Numbered from the whole stretch's first letter, positions 39,401-52,843 are shown. The stretch is DNA of 63,379 nucleotides, filler included, from Choristocarpus tenellus KU-1152 (GCA_964200185.2; 10 parts of 10 records of this genome joined end to end with filler, not necessarily neighbours in it); one strand, 5' to 3'. A program made the numbers and translations. The notes: a model not told the origin generated them from the sequence alone.

Positions 39401-41462
39401 CCTGTCATTTGGTAGGTCTGATTGGTTGCTCTGCTCTGCCTTTATGTTGTAGCTTGTACACATCCTGGCAACACACTCCTGTTGGCATTATACCAAATCA
39501 CAATTAAAACCATTGTGTCGGTTTACTGCAAGGCATTAACAACAGTTTATAACAGTCCTCTTAAAAGCACGCATTTCTTGCATTACTTGAACAAAAACAA
39601 AACATGAAGTTTTACATTAACGCCTCGTTGTTGACAACTGGTCAAGGTGAAGGCACTCGAGACAGGTACAAATGGAGAGAGAGAGAGCGACATACACACA
39701 CACACATAACATGGGAATTACCACAGAGCACTAGTCAACCACATGACACCGCGTAAGATCTCCTCCATAGTGATAGCACAGAGGATTGACCTGCTGTAAC
39801 AAACATAGGGCCAAACCTAGCCAGTAATCGTCGACCCAACAATTTTGAGGCCAAAGTGGAGATTCATGCCAACGAGAATATTGGATTGATTGGCAGATAG
39901 GTGTGTATGGCGTTGAAAGGTATACCTCCAATATACTTTTGTACCAATGCCTACTACCCCCCCCATCAAACAGAACCTTCTCAGATAATTTCATGTCTTT
40001 CTGGATGTTATCCTCAAGAGCACCAGTCCGAGTGTCCCCACGCTGTTCTCTAACCCCACTGTCAGCAGTCTTAGCCAGGTTTCCTTTATCTTCTTCCTTG
40101 ACTCCCCCATTTCCACCACCCTTCTCCCCCCCCCCTCTCTTCCCCAACTTCCTCGAATCAATAACCTTGTCCCTGCCCACTGCCATTTTCTCATTGCCAT
40201 TGCCTTTGGTCTGAGGGGCTCTCCTTTTAGCACCTTGTTGAGGACTCTCCCTCGGAACTTTCCGCCTGTCCCCATCCTTTTCAACATAAACGTCATACTG
40301 ATCATGTATGGGAATCAATGAGGCAGTGCTGCAGAACCACTTGAAAACATCCTCCCGCAAAAGGGATGCTGCCACAGCATGTGCATCCCTCACCAAATGC
40401 AAAACATTTACCTTGTTTCGTAGTTTGGAGAAGGGAAGTCATGATTGAGGTTGAGAAATTGAAGCGGGTGATATCGCAAGCAGAGCATGTTGATTGGAGG
40501 TGATAAAAAAGAACACTTGTCCATGGAACACGTGACGACAAAGATCTATTGATGTGTGTGCAGGGGCAGGGGAGGGGGACATGATGTTGAGGGTTAAGCC
40601 AAGCTACTGCGTGGGTGAGCAAGAGCAGCAGGTTCTTCACGATTGCCAAAGCAAGAAAGGGGGAAGGGGGGAGGGAAGTAGGGGTTGTAGGCAGAGAGAC
40701 ATGGCGGGGCGGGTGGTTGGGATTTTAGTGAATCTTGGCAAGGAGGGATTGGTGCTCGTACAGCTAGTGGTTCTACCTGTGTCATACTTGATATTGCCTC
40801 CTGCATGAGTAAAACCCATCAGCGCTGCACAACAAAATATTGCGCAACATACAAATCAATGCATTGAACGGCTCACAAGTTGGTGGGGTGAGGGGGTTGA
40901 TGAAAGGTTGCTAGGAAATAATTGTATTAATACAAGGTCTGTGCAAGAATAACCAATAATATATCATGCCTCAGCTTATTCAGATGGATGCTGCACCAAT
41001 TTATCATCCATTGGTGTGTGTGTGTGTGTGTGTGTGTGTAAGAAGTTAATTATGAGACAGGGTAAGAACAGGTCAAAAACAAGAGCAATATCTTGTGGGA
41101 GAAAATGAACGGCGAGTTCACATTTGTACCACACTCCTACTAAGAGGAATATTGTAGCCACAAAATACACCTCAAAACGCAATGCTGGTGGTCGCCACAG
41201 GGTAGTGATAAGGAAAACGCGGATATAGAAATAGTGGTAGTAGTTGTACAGGGTTAGCATTGCCTACAGGATCAGTACAGTGTCATAAGAATGTGTGTAT
41301 GTTTATTGTGGGGGTCGTAAGTTAGGATGGTCCACTCACAGTTGGGTCATCCAAGAGTTGAACAGGGAGGCCCTCATCAAATCGTATTTCCTTCACCACC
41401 CTAAGGGGACTCTCTTGGCACTGCCTTCTGAACACACTTGCAAGGTGTTGATATTTCAACAA
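36446..41462 (-). CDS. Carbohydrate sulfotransferase (CHST / GlcNAc-Gal 6-O-sulfotransferase-like); exons 41340-41462, 39926-40411, 37134-37368, 36446-36754, other exons unresolved
   Basis: Ordered family motifs: C...VVKEIR...LLDDP, VLHLVRD(AH)AVAAS, YRLLRYEDLARDP, W..EL....LEEKC...MSLLGY*; canonical splice sites. The 5'-PSB exon was not located. Confidence 0.85.
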
Positions 41463-43020
41463 CTGAGGCAGTGGGGCACAGGCACATGGGCAGGAGAGGA
41501 GACGGATGGAAATAGAAGTATTATGGTCAGGGACAATGGAGGGGTAGATATAATACAAGGGGATCAAAGTATTGCTGTGGGGAGGAGGAATCCTTGGGGG
41601 GCGGGGTGGAGGAGGATGTAGGAAGGAGTGTGTCCAGGGATAGACTGTATGATGCACTTTGACAGGCTAATGTACCACAACCCTGCCCCTCAACCAATGT
41701 TCTCTCTCCTGGGTAAATTCACTTTGACCAGATCAGCCACCCAATACACAAAATGTTGGCAACATCAAGGAGATTCATAATGAAGGCACAATGCCCCTCA
41801 TTCCTGGTGTAGTGCAGTTTCTGTTTCGTGAGGGACACCATTTGAATTGTTGGGGAGAAGTCGTTCAGGGCCTAAAGTAGGACCAAATGCAAGCTCTTAG
41901 TACAATTTAGACTATTATTATAAAGTAAATCAATGCTATTCAAATGCAAAAAAAGTTTTTTTTAATCCAAACAATAAAAACCCCGTTTCTTCTGTCAGGC
42001 TACACACCAAGGCCTACATCACTAATTTTTCGTTTCAAAAAGTGGAAAAGCCATTTTTCATCATGAAATATATCCAGCTCTGTATTTTTTAAAATCAAGC
42101 TTGTATGTTTTAAAAACAAAAAAAAACTGAAGTCATCAACAATCAAAACAATTTCGAAATTGCAGCAGGTGCTGCACAGTACTGTTGTTGTTGTAACTGC
42201 TGTACCATTGTGATACCTGCCAGGCGATCGATGTAATTGCCATACTCTTCTTGCATCACCAGCCTTGTGGGTCAGTGGTTGTATACTTGGTCCCCTACAA
42301 GAATTTTCCAGGTTCGAAACCACCGATGCCACAGTTCTTTCATGAAAACCTGGTCTTGAATATCCTTAGACCCCGTAGGAAGTGCTGTAACTTCTACACT
42401 TTGTATTACCCTTTCTATTCCCACAGAACCAAAAACATTCGACCAAGAACGAGATTTAAGCTTTTCTGTTGAGCAATACCAAGGCAAGTCCAGCACAAAA
42501 ACTCGAGGAAGGGAAGGCAGAGTGACAAGCCATGGGATGGGTGAACCCAATGCATAAGAAGCAACGATCAAGTGGAAATGCTGCAAGTAGTCGTAGGAAG
42601 AGAGATAGTGATTGCTATGAAAAGTAAAAATGGACCTGCGTGAAGTGCCTCTGAACAGGGGTCAGGATAGTCCCCAGACTAAAGCAATGAAAAAATAATA
42701 ATGCCGCAGAAGGAACAAATGAATTAATAGGGAGGCATCAAAATGCGTTTTCTAGATCACCTTTGTTCATTTGTATTGAGAGTCAAAATGGATCATTCTG
42801 TACGTAACTGTTCTCGTAACATTAGAAAGACCCTCAGAATCCTGGCACCTAAGGCACTGAATATGTACCTGCTCATACGGTGCAAGTAACCTCACATAGG
42901 GTAAGACAAGTTTTTGATGTACCATGTGTTCAAACACCTTTCAACGGGGGAAAACCTCTGCTTTAGATTTTTTGTGGTCCATTGGAAATATCCATAAAAT
43001 GTTATCGGGTTCATGATGGA

Positions 43021-43289
43021 GAGCCAAAGAATTTAAGAGGGTAGGAGTTTTGCCCTGTTTGTCCATTCAGGGCGTAGCTTCCCACGGGTCTTTTATGCCC
43101 TTTTTCGGTTTTCTGCGTGAACACACTTACCTACTCCGAAACACTTCATAGTATGACTATGAAAGGTGTGTCCAGAGCAAGGATATTGATACTTGATAAC
43201 AAAGGCGATCGCCAAAATTAATCAAAATCACAACATTGGATCTTGGACCCCAAATGGACACGACTCTACCCTCTTAAATGCTTTAGATC
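43021..43289 (+). mobile_element. MITE family B, complete
   Basis: GAGCCAAAGAATTTAAGAGGGTAG...CTACCCTCTTAAATGCTTTAGATC; TGGA on both flanks. Confidence 0.9.
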
Positions 43290-43381
43290 TGGAAGGAGGT
43301 CCTGAGGAGAGGAGAGAAGTTGCTAAGAGGACCACAAGCCACAATGCCACAGCTTTGAGGCAACTACTACTACGTCTGTCT

Positions 43382-43640
43382 GAGTGAAAGTATGTTAGGG
43401 TTAGGGTACGAGTTTTGTCCTGTTTGTCCGTTTGTGACTTGACTTCCACGGGGTTTTTAATGACATTTTCCTACTCCGAAATGTTTCGGAACAGGTAAAC
43501 CATGCGTTATGAAAAGGTGCGTCCGGAACAAGGATATTGACACTTCCTAACAAACGTGATAGCCAAGATTACATCAAAATCGCAACATTGGATTTTGGTT
43601 CCAAACGGACGCGGCTCTACCCTCTAAGATACTTTGACCC
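43382..43640 (+). mobile_element. MITE family B, complete
   Basis: GAGTGAAAGTAT...ATACTTTGACCC; body similar to the 3605 copy. Confidence 0.9.
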
Positions 43641-44710
43641 TCTTGTGTGCACCTCACTGATGTTTAAGGGAGTTATTTTTGTAGGAACACATTGCATTAA
43701 ACATATAGTTCTGCAGAACCTGTGAGGGCGAGGATTCCGGGTGTGACCAAATCCGGTCACGGGTGGTCACACATCAGGTACATTAAAGAGGTTGAGAGGA
43801 AGGCAAGAAATGTGAAAATAGAGTGTACCACATGAAGAATTCAATTTATCATAGCATGGTTGCGTTTGGGATACCAAGCGTATGGTGAAAGACGATCTGA
43901 AAACCCCACACAGAAGCCCAAGAGTTCTCACACATGAGCTGCATGGGAAGAGAATTTACAACAAGAGGAAAACGATAAGTCCAACCTAAGAGATGTCAGG
44001 CTCAGGGAAACTGCAGTCTCACCCTATGCTGGCTCGTTCAAAGAGGTATAAGGTGAACAAGGTGCTTGCTCTGTGGATTTATGGTACAGGACAATCATTC
44101 CATGTCGGTCATGATCCCTCTTCAAAGAGTTCAAGTGAGAGCTTGCTGATTGTACTGGGTGGATAACCGCTAAGTGCACAGTTATAGCAGGCAAGCATCC
44201 AGACTCTGAGGGCCTTGACGCGGAAAAGAAGGCACCAAGGCTCTCATCAAACATATAAAAAAAACTGTCCTAAATGTGTAACATCTACGTATCATTGACA
44301 AGATCATGGTGACTCTGCATATTTCCATAAAGGTCAGCTGCAGCAGATACACAAATGTGAGCACATAAACTGTGTTTCCCTTTGATTGCCTCTGACAGCA
44401 ATATACACATGTATTGCACTTCCCTCCTGTCGCCCTCCGCTGCTGAAACAAAAATTGGTTGAGGTTGTGATTGATCAATGCTAAACTAGCTACATTGACC
44501 CTACAAGTGGCACAGACCAAAAGACCCGTCAGGTTGCCAAGCTCGATGCAAAGATAAGTCCCGGACAATGAAAACAGGCCTGGCCACTTCTGGTTCCAGA
44601 TCCAGTTCCTTGCAAAAATGCTGAAACCCATTTTTCAACAATGCGCCTGTTTAATGGGTCAACCCATCCACGACCCACTATTTCCACACAAATCTGCATG
44701 AAACAGAGGA

Positions 44711-44961
44711 GATTGAAAGTATCTTAGAGGGTACTAGCTTTTCCCTGTTTGTCCATTTGGGGCTTGACTTCCCATGCCGTATTTTTATGACATTTTCCTA
44801 CTCCAAAATGTTTCGGATTAGGTAAAGTGTATACGTTATGAAAAGGTGTGTCCAAAACATGGATATTGGCACTTCCTAACAAACATGATAGCCAAAATTA
44901 CATCAAAATCGCAACATTGGATTTGGCCCCCACATGGACGAGGCCCTACCCTCTATACTTT
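44711..44961 (+). mobile_element. MITE family B, right TIR eroded
   Basis: GATTGAAAGTATCTTAGAGGGTAC start and full body. Confidence 0.85.
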
Positions 44962-45487
44962 TGCAGAATTCATACATGTGCAATTATGTAGACCTTCTTC
45001 TTGGCAGTGTCAAAGATGTTACAGTTGACGTATTGAGAAAAAAAAGGTCCTCTCAGACCATAACTACATAGGGAAATTGATCATCACCACCTCAGTTCCT
45101 AATTTGCCGAGCAGCAGTAGTTCCTCATAACCAGTACACAAAATATCTCCTTGCGATCTTCAGCATAGATCACCTGTAATCACAGGACTGTTCTTAATGA
45201 TGTTAACCAAGACATCAATGAGCAACAGTCCATCTCAAAAACTACAGGAAACATGCCCAAGGAGCAGGAGAAAGAGCACAAAAGATTTAAAGATAGAAAA
45301 TGCACCTCTGGAACAACCCCATTCCAGGAAGGGACCTTCTTCCTCATGGCCTTGTGGGCAACACTTTTTGATGGAGATAAGCTAATCAAGACTTTTAAAT
45401 GTCTTGGCGGATTAAAGTTCAACCAGAAATTCTTTGGTTGCTTACAGCAGTGGTATTAGTTGTTACTAGTAGTGGAAAACACAGTTG

Positions 45488-45777
45488 GAGTCAAAGTATC
45501 TTAGAGGGTAGAGCCGCATCCATTTGGGGACCAAAATCCAATGTTGGAATTTTGATGGAATTTTGGCTATCATATTTGTTAGGAGATGTCAATATCCTTG
45601 CTCTGGACATCTTTTCATAACGTATGCATTTTACCTACTCCGAAACATTTTGGAGTAGGTAAAATGTCCTTAAAAACACGTGGGAAGCCAAGCCCCAAAT
45701 GAACAAACAGGGAAAAACTCATACCCTAACCCGAAGATAGTTTCACTGACCCAAAGTATCTGGGAGGGTGGGAGGGG
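45488..45777 (-). mobile_element. MITE family B (45488-45747) abutted by a family A terminus (45748-45777)
   Basis: ...AGATAGTTTCACT runs directly into GACCCAAAGTATCTGGG. Confidence 0.85.
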
Positions 45778-48191
45778 NNNNNNNNNNNNNNNNNNNNNNN
45801 NNNNNNNNNNNNNNNNNNNNNTTAATTAATTAANNNNNNNNNNNNNNNNNNNNNNNNNNNNNNNNNNNNNNNNNNNNTGTCACAACCAATCACAGTGGAG
45901 ATTGATCGGCATGCCGCTCTGAGCCTGTCAACTTATGTCCACCATAACTCAGCCCCATCTCTCACTTCCTTTCTGAACCTCATCTCTGGTGGTTCTCATA
46001 ACCCCACATCACACAGAACCAGGCCCCACAACACGATTGCTATTTTTATTTCTGTTACTACTACTATTATTGTCATATTATTACTGTCGAATGTTTTTCT
46101 ATTATTTTGTTTAAATATTATTTACACAAACAAACCATCAATACTATTCATAAAGTAGTAAAGTAGTAACCATTCCTGCATTGCATCGGGTCTGAGGGGT
46201 CCGACACGAGTTAACGAAACAAGAGACAACACACACTACTACTGCTTGAGAGAATATGTAATACAAGCACATATATTTCTGTTTAGGGATATCTAAAATA
46301 GCAGTAAAACAAGAAAAAGGTTAGTAAGAAAGAGAAGGAACTCATTAAATATATGACGAGTAACAAAGAGATATCCATGTTAGCATGATGTACAACTATC
46401 ACAGCCTACCTGGTATACCACTTGTCCATGAATGAAGCTCTTTGTCTTCTCAAACACCCAATCGTGCGATCTTTGTAGGTTTGCTGACCTTGTAAATCAT
46501 CCCTCAACCATGGATCCCAAAGTTCTCAAAGTCTTCTTGCAAACATATCATTCCATCAAGTCTATCCTCCTGTCCACCTTGCTTCGGTTTTCCATCTACC
46601 TGCAATTTCCCCCTACATTGACTCCTTTTAGGAGTTATTCATTCGCCGTGGGTGCCCCCCTTGACGTCCCTTGGAAATAAAGCCTCTCCACCTCGATCTT
46701 GGTCTGGCGTTTTTTGAGGTATGTGACAGGTAGGATATTGCAGGTAGATGTACAAATCTGCGTTTTGTGCTTAACACCTCAATTGTGGATAATCCAAAAG
46801 GAGATCCATCCATGATGAACAGGAGTCTGGTGTTGTGGACCAAATATGCTAATACTTCAAATAATACAATTATAATTATTTTTCACATTTAGTCTGAGGG
46901 GTCCGGATTCGTGGTCAAAAAGGGAGTCAAAAGAAGGCAATACACACTGCTTGAACAATGTTTATACAACAATACAACAAGAACTATAGAAGAAGAAAAG
47001 CTATGAAAAAAAAAGAGAAAAAAAAAGAATAAAGGAAAAGAGAAGATAAGCAGAAGAGAAAGAATCCAGTGTATCTACACGGAAGGTCAAGGAAAAGAAG
47101 CCAACTATGATGCCCTAACAACCACAAAAGCTTGAGTCATACTATCTCCATCGAGTCCAAAAAGACATCACTCGTCTCATGTCACACAAACAAAACAAAC
47201 GGGAAGGTAGAATGAAGGGACACAAGAAAAATCACCCCAAAAGAGAAAGTACAATGAGAAAACAACATTGAGCAGACAGTGGTGGGGGTGGCTGTGGAGG
47301 TGGTTGCTTGGGGCTGCCTTAGCTCCTGCTTTAGCATGGCGTATTCCATCCATCACAGCTTCCATGGAATGACACTCTGTCATGAAGCCTCTAGCCCTAC
47401 CAACCATACACTTGTACCTGTGTTGGGTAGTAGCTACCATTGTGCTCTATCCCTCGATTGTGATGGCAGGTTCTCAAGGTCGTCTTGCAGGTACACCTAC
47501 CACCGCTTCCCCTGACCACCTTGCCTCCATTTTCCATATAGTAGGAGTCTCCGTTTTTCGCATAGTCGGCTCAATGCACGCTCGCCCAGTCTTCACAAGG
47601 GAGGGCATCTCTGTAGGAGAGCACATGAACTGTGCATTTCCGTTTGCACAATGCAATGCAACCTAGGAGGATAATTGGTGATAATGGGAGCGTAACTTCA
47701 AATAGTGGACCTGGCGAAGTCTCCACGCCATAGAACCCTAGGTCTTGTCACACAGGACTTGATTACTATATTTACGGAAACACCTTCCAAGTTTTTGGAC
47801 CCTGCAGTGATAACAGTTCAGCTTCATCATTGATGGTGCCTCTTCCTCCAGTAGTGCAAACAAACTTGTCATTCTGTTGTAGTTCTTGGCCAGTGCCTGG
47901 ATCTGCATGATGTCATGCATACTCGAGTACATACGTATGTGGTCTCCGTCTTCTGCTTCGAAATAGTCAGCCAAATGACCTGGTCACCTTCATGATCACT
48001 GTAATCATCCTGACCAAACCTCCTTGGTTCTTAGGAGACACAATACCCAGGTCATCATCAGCACAACAATAAAAATATTACTAGATCGTGGAGGAACTCC
48101 TCAACCAAGTTAGCACTATTCCACTCCATTCCCTGGTTACTTCTCCTCCTTTGACCTAGTCTTTTTGTAGCCACTCTCTCTCTTTCTTAAT

Positions 48192-48451
48192 GAGTCAAAG
48201 TATCTTAGAGGGTAGAACTGCGTCCATTTGGGGGCCAAAATCCAACATTGCGATTTGATTGATTTTGACTATCATAATATTTGTCAGGAAATATCAATAT
48301 CCTTTTTCAGGACAAAACCTTTTCATAACGTAGAGATTTTACCTACTCCGAAACATTTTGGAGTAGGTAAAATGTCATAAAAACCCGTGGGAGGTCAAGC
48401 CCCGAATGGACAAACAGGGAAAAACTCATACCCTCTAATATACTTTCACTC
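48192..48451 (-). mobile_element. MITE family B, complete
   Basis: GAGTCAAAGTATCT...ATACTTTCACTC; flanks TAAT/TGAT. Confidence 0.9.
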
Positions 48452-48963
48452 TGATGACAAGCAACAAGATCCTTGGAGATGTCCTGGATAACCCTAACTA
48501 ACAATTGGTGCTACACCCACTTAACACTGCAGAGTCAAAATAATTGAGATGTGGGCAGGTTTGTTTTTTTGCATTCTAAGCCATCTTTGCTACCATGTGC
48601 AATACATTCTATTTCATTGCTCTATAAGCACAATAGTGTACGCAAAATTGATACCCCTCCTTTCCACACACACAAAGTGACACTACAATTCACCGAAGGC
48701 TCTTTCAGTAATTGTGCAACATATAGATCGAGTCAACCTCTCAATTACTTTGACCCTGCATACAGTGAAGAAGATGTTGAATAGAATGAGAGTAAGAACA
48801 CACCCTTCGTTGTCAAAGGCCCTGCCTGTGTCCAGTCTATCTGTGATATTCATCATGTCGGGAAGAAGCACTCGCCCATGGAGACATCTTAACTTACTCG
48901 GCAGAGAACAGGATTATTGATAACACAAATTCCAAGAAAACAAAACTAGAGAAAGGCTCTTAG

Positions 48964-49088
48964 AACAGTGGATTTTCAAAATTGAGGATGGAGCGGGGAT
49001 GGAGCGTTGTTCTGCGAAAACGGTCTTGAAAAAGTACCGAAAGGTTTTTTTTTGCAACTGTTTTTGCACTTGGAAGGGCCCGGGATAT
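48964..49088 (+). mobile_element. MITE family C-related, truncated by contig end
   Basis: AACAGTGGATTTTCAAAATTGAGGATGGAGC; similar to the 23990 copy. Confidence 0.7.
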
Positions 49089-49188
49089 NNNNNNNNNNNN
49101 NNNNNNNNNNNNNNNNNNNNNNNNNNNNNNNNTTAATTAATTAANNNNNNNNNNNNNNNNNNNNNNNNNNNNNNNNNNNNNNNNNNNN

Positions 49189-49339
49189 GTCACCAGGGTG
49201 TCCATTTGGGCCATGACCAGGAAAAGTGCATTTACATTATCCATCCGAAGTATGCAACCAAATCACACAAAAATCGTGACGTGGAAAAATTGACCCCAAA
49301 TGGACAGCCGCCACCCCCCCTCCCCAGATACTGTGAGCC
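49189..49339 (-). mobile_element. MITE family A partial at contig start
   Basis: Reverse-complement body ending CCCCAGATACTGTGAGCC. Confidence 0.88.
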
Positions 49340-52322
49340 TGGTTGTGTAGACGCACAGGAGTGTGTACTCTCTATACATAATTCTAGAGAGTAACAAAAT
49401 GTACGGAGAAAGCTCCAGATACCTCGGATCTCTATCGTTTACTGTCAATGGATAATGTCCAGGTTTTGCTCCTCGAATCGTTCGTGTGGGTGGGACATAC
49501 TGCGACGGAACATAGACAATATTTTGGAGTTTTTATCTGATTGAAGTCTTCCGCAATCTATGCCTTCATTACATCTTATTTTAGTGTCATGAGTTGACTT
49601 CAAGTATCAGATCGATATTTCAAGGTGCAGATTACTTTTGGTGTTGCCATTAAACCTACTTAAACCATTCTCCATATTCACCAACCATCCTTCTAACGTT
49701 TAGGTTATTTGGAATCGACCTACTACTCCACAATATACAGACATCCACAATACGAGAACGATCCAAGTAATGGTCTCAACCGTTCAACCAAACTGCGCGC
49801 GGTTTGCGCGCAGGTGAGAACAGGCGTTGTTCCTTGTGGCTCGGCGTCTCCCCGCCGCAACTTACAGCGACAGACATGTTGGAGATAGAGTCGTCGTGCT
49901 TTGCCGCAGCCCACTAAGGGTGCCCCTGGCAAGGTCACCGAACAAGATCTGTGCACCGTGGCTGCCTAGCGATAGCGAGAACTGGAGTGGAGTTTAAGCA
50001 GAGTTTGATTGTTGTGAGTATGATGTCGTATTGTATGCACCTGTCCCATACCTCAGCAAGGCATCCTTCAGTTGAGCTTGGGGTATGCCAAGAGCGACTT
50101 GTGGAATTGAGGAGTGATGCCTTTCTTAAATGCGGGTTGGTCTGATTGTACGCTGTAAATGTCCCTCTGGATTGCGTTTGTTTGCCTGGTCTGGTGAGGG
50201 CAATCTACACTAGGCCACCTTGTTGACCACTGCACACCGCGAAGACTGACATTGTAGAACGTTGGCTGCACTTCCTTCTTTCCTTTTGACAGGGTCACGA
50301 TGAAACCATCACGAGGGTTGGGCCTTGGGGGTTTCTGTACTGCCTTGGCTCTCCTGTCGAGGGTCTCAGGTTTCGTATCTCCTTGTGCACCACGTCCCAC
50401 GTACCGATGTTTTGCCAGGGAGCCGACGGTGAGTTCTATCGTTGGAGGTATCGATGAGGATGGAACGGATTGAAATCAAAATTGGGATTGGTTGTTTGAG
50501 CTTAGAGGTGCAAATTGAAACAGGGTCGATAATGGAATGATCAGAACTTCAAGCTTTCATTTTTTCGTCGTTTATAAATCGGGATGTGTCAGAGGTAACG
50601 CATCTTAATCGACACACAACTCAGCGACCTAGTCTGTCCTCATCCATTTACAGGTGTAATACGGTACAACCACTACAAGCTCTGCCCGTCTTTTCTTCGT
50701 CCTCGGTCATAGAAACTGCGAAGTTTAAGGGATCATTTCCTTGACATATTGACGTCCAGAACAAAAGCTGTTATGCCAGCACATACTCTCGCTCCTTTTT
50801 GGTCCCTTTCATCCACACTAAGAGACGTATCTGGGAAATGATACAGTCTTTGTCGACCTTTCCTCTGAAGGCTGGAGCTTGCCTGTATGATGCACTTTGT
50901 TGCCTACCTGTGTGTGAGCATTAGTTCTGAGCATGCTGTTTACATGACTAACCATTAATAGGCAGGGAGATTACTCTGTATCTACCTGGCATTAATGTTT
51001 GTCCCCAGCTTTGCCACCCCCTGCTCAAATGGGGATTATAGCTGCAACCCGGTTGATGCCCTTTATCATCTCATTGACACGTTCATAATCATGCCTAATT
51101 ACTTTTATGACCTAAATATTCCCTTTTCCCCTATCTTGGTATTATATATTCATACTCAAAACCATCGCCTCTGCAGACGGTGTGCCACTTGTCAGATAAG
51201 GGGGGTTGGTCACCTTCAGAGGATAAGGGGCCTTCAGAGGGAGCAGAGCCAGGGGAGGGAGAGCAGGAAAATCTTGGAAACGTTGACCCGTCGCAAGACA
51301 AGGGTTGGCAGGTCCCTGTCGAACCACCCATCAACACTGCCTGGGGAGGCGGGGTACGTTTCTGGACTTGGGGAAGGGCATGGGGGGTGGCTGGTAGTTA
51401 CCTGTTTTGAGACACTAAAAAAAATAAAGGGGAAGGATGCTCTTGGATTTGGGATTGGTCGTGATGAGCAGTTACCCCTTGTTCCTTTTTTTTGCCTCGT
51501 ATAGTAAGTAATTTGTAGTACCAACAAACGGGTTGGCACTTCAAAATCCAAAGGATTCGTTCATTGCAGCAATTTTTATGTGTCCAAGCCTACAAGTTTT
51601 TATAGGTGCTCCACATTATCTTACTTCTTTTGCTCCTTCTCCATGACCTTAAGGTCTTGTTGCATAGTAGTTCCTACACAATATCCACGCACAATATATA
51701 TATACATACATATATATAGGGGTGTTGGCTGAGACGTTTGATGGATACTCGAGAGGCAGTGGTCATATGTTAAGGTGCCTTATTGTTGCCCCTTGATTCC
51801 TGGTTCCGATCTGCACGTGGATGTTCTGGTCCACGATGGATTGACGTTGTCTTCTGCAAGTGCCCGCAAAATGTACGGTGCAGCGAGTGAATAGAGATTG
51901 ATTATGATCACTTGTAATAATGGAGGTTGTTACATGTCACAGAGAAAGGTAGAGCTGTATTGAAGTGAGGAAGAAGTGTAACTTACAGATACTTGAGTAC
52001 TTTCAAGAGAGTTCCACACTGGTTATCCTTTTCTGAATGATTCTCCATGAGCAGTGGTGTTTGCTCAATTACTTGTGAGAGAAATCGACCGCTGATGGAC
52101 CCTTTGGTGCACACTTCCAGTGTGGTCCGTTCTCAAGCACATGGGCCGCGATATGTAAAAAAAACGCTTGTTGTAAAACAGAAAATTTTCCCTGTCTGGC
52201 ATCATTTGCAGCAGTGGCAGTCTTTGTATTTTAGAAGTGCTGCTCTGTGCTTGCCTGTGTAGGATACATCGTGACCTTCTTTTCTGTTGTGTTGTTGTGA
52301 AGTAACAATGCATTGCGTATGG

Positions 52323-52512
52323 CGTATGTTACTTCAGTGATAAGAGACTAACCCTAACCCTAACCCTATGTTACTTCAGTGATAAGAGACTTCTGTAGCG
52401 TATACATTGTATAACGTATGTTGCTTCAGTGATAAGAGACTTCTGTAGTGTATACATTGTATAACGTATGTTACTTTAGTGATAAGAGACTTCTGTAGTG
52501 TGTACGTTGTAT
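52323..52512. repeat. 50-bp tandem repeat (~3.5 copies) interrupted by (CCCTAA)3
   Basis: Unit CGTATGTTACTTCAGTGATAAGAGACTTCTGTAGTGTATACATTGTATAA. Confidence 0.92.
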
Positions 52513-52843
52513 AGAATTTGTTTCCATAGCTGAGAGAGGATTTGTACCCTATTATCATTTCTGCTTTGCACTTCGTGATAACCGTCTCTGTTGTGTACTT
52601 TTTGCCCTTCCTCTGGGTACACTACACAAGCCCATCACACTCAGGTGACCCAGCTCTCTTCATCTCGGCTGCACCACCTTGAGACCACCTTGTCATCAGA
52701 GCTCTACATGCTGAAAGCACTTGCCCGACCCTAGTGCCATCCCCAACATCTTGCCTCATGATCTCACAATTGGACTGTTCTCGTGTACATTTGTTGTATG
52801 AACTATGGATGGGGTTCGATGGCTTTTCTTGTGCAGTTGTCAG

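Noticed and set aside
42272-45460. Short minus-strand ORFs as 5' exons of the sulfotransferase
   Set aside because: No 5'-PSB motif and no consistent splice path could be established by eye.
49720-50460. GC-richer ORF fragments suggesting a retroelement
   Set aside because: No recognisable RT, integrase or gag motif.
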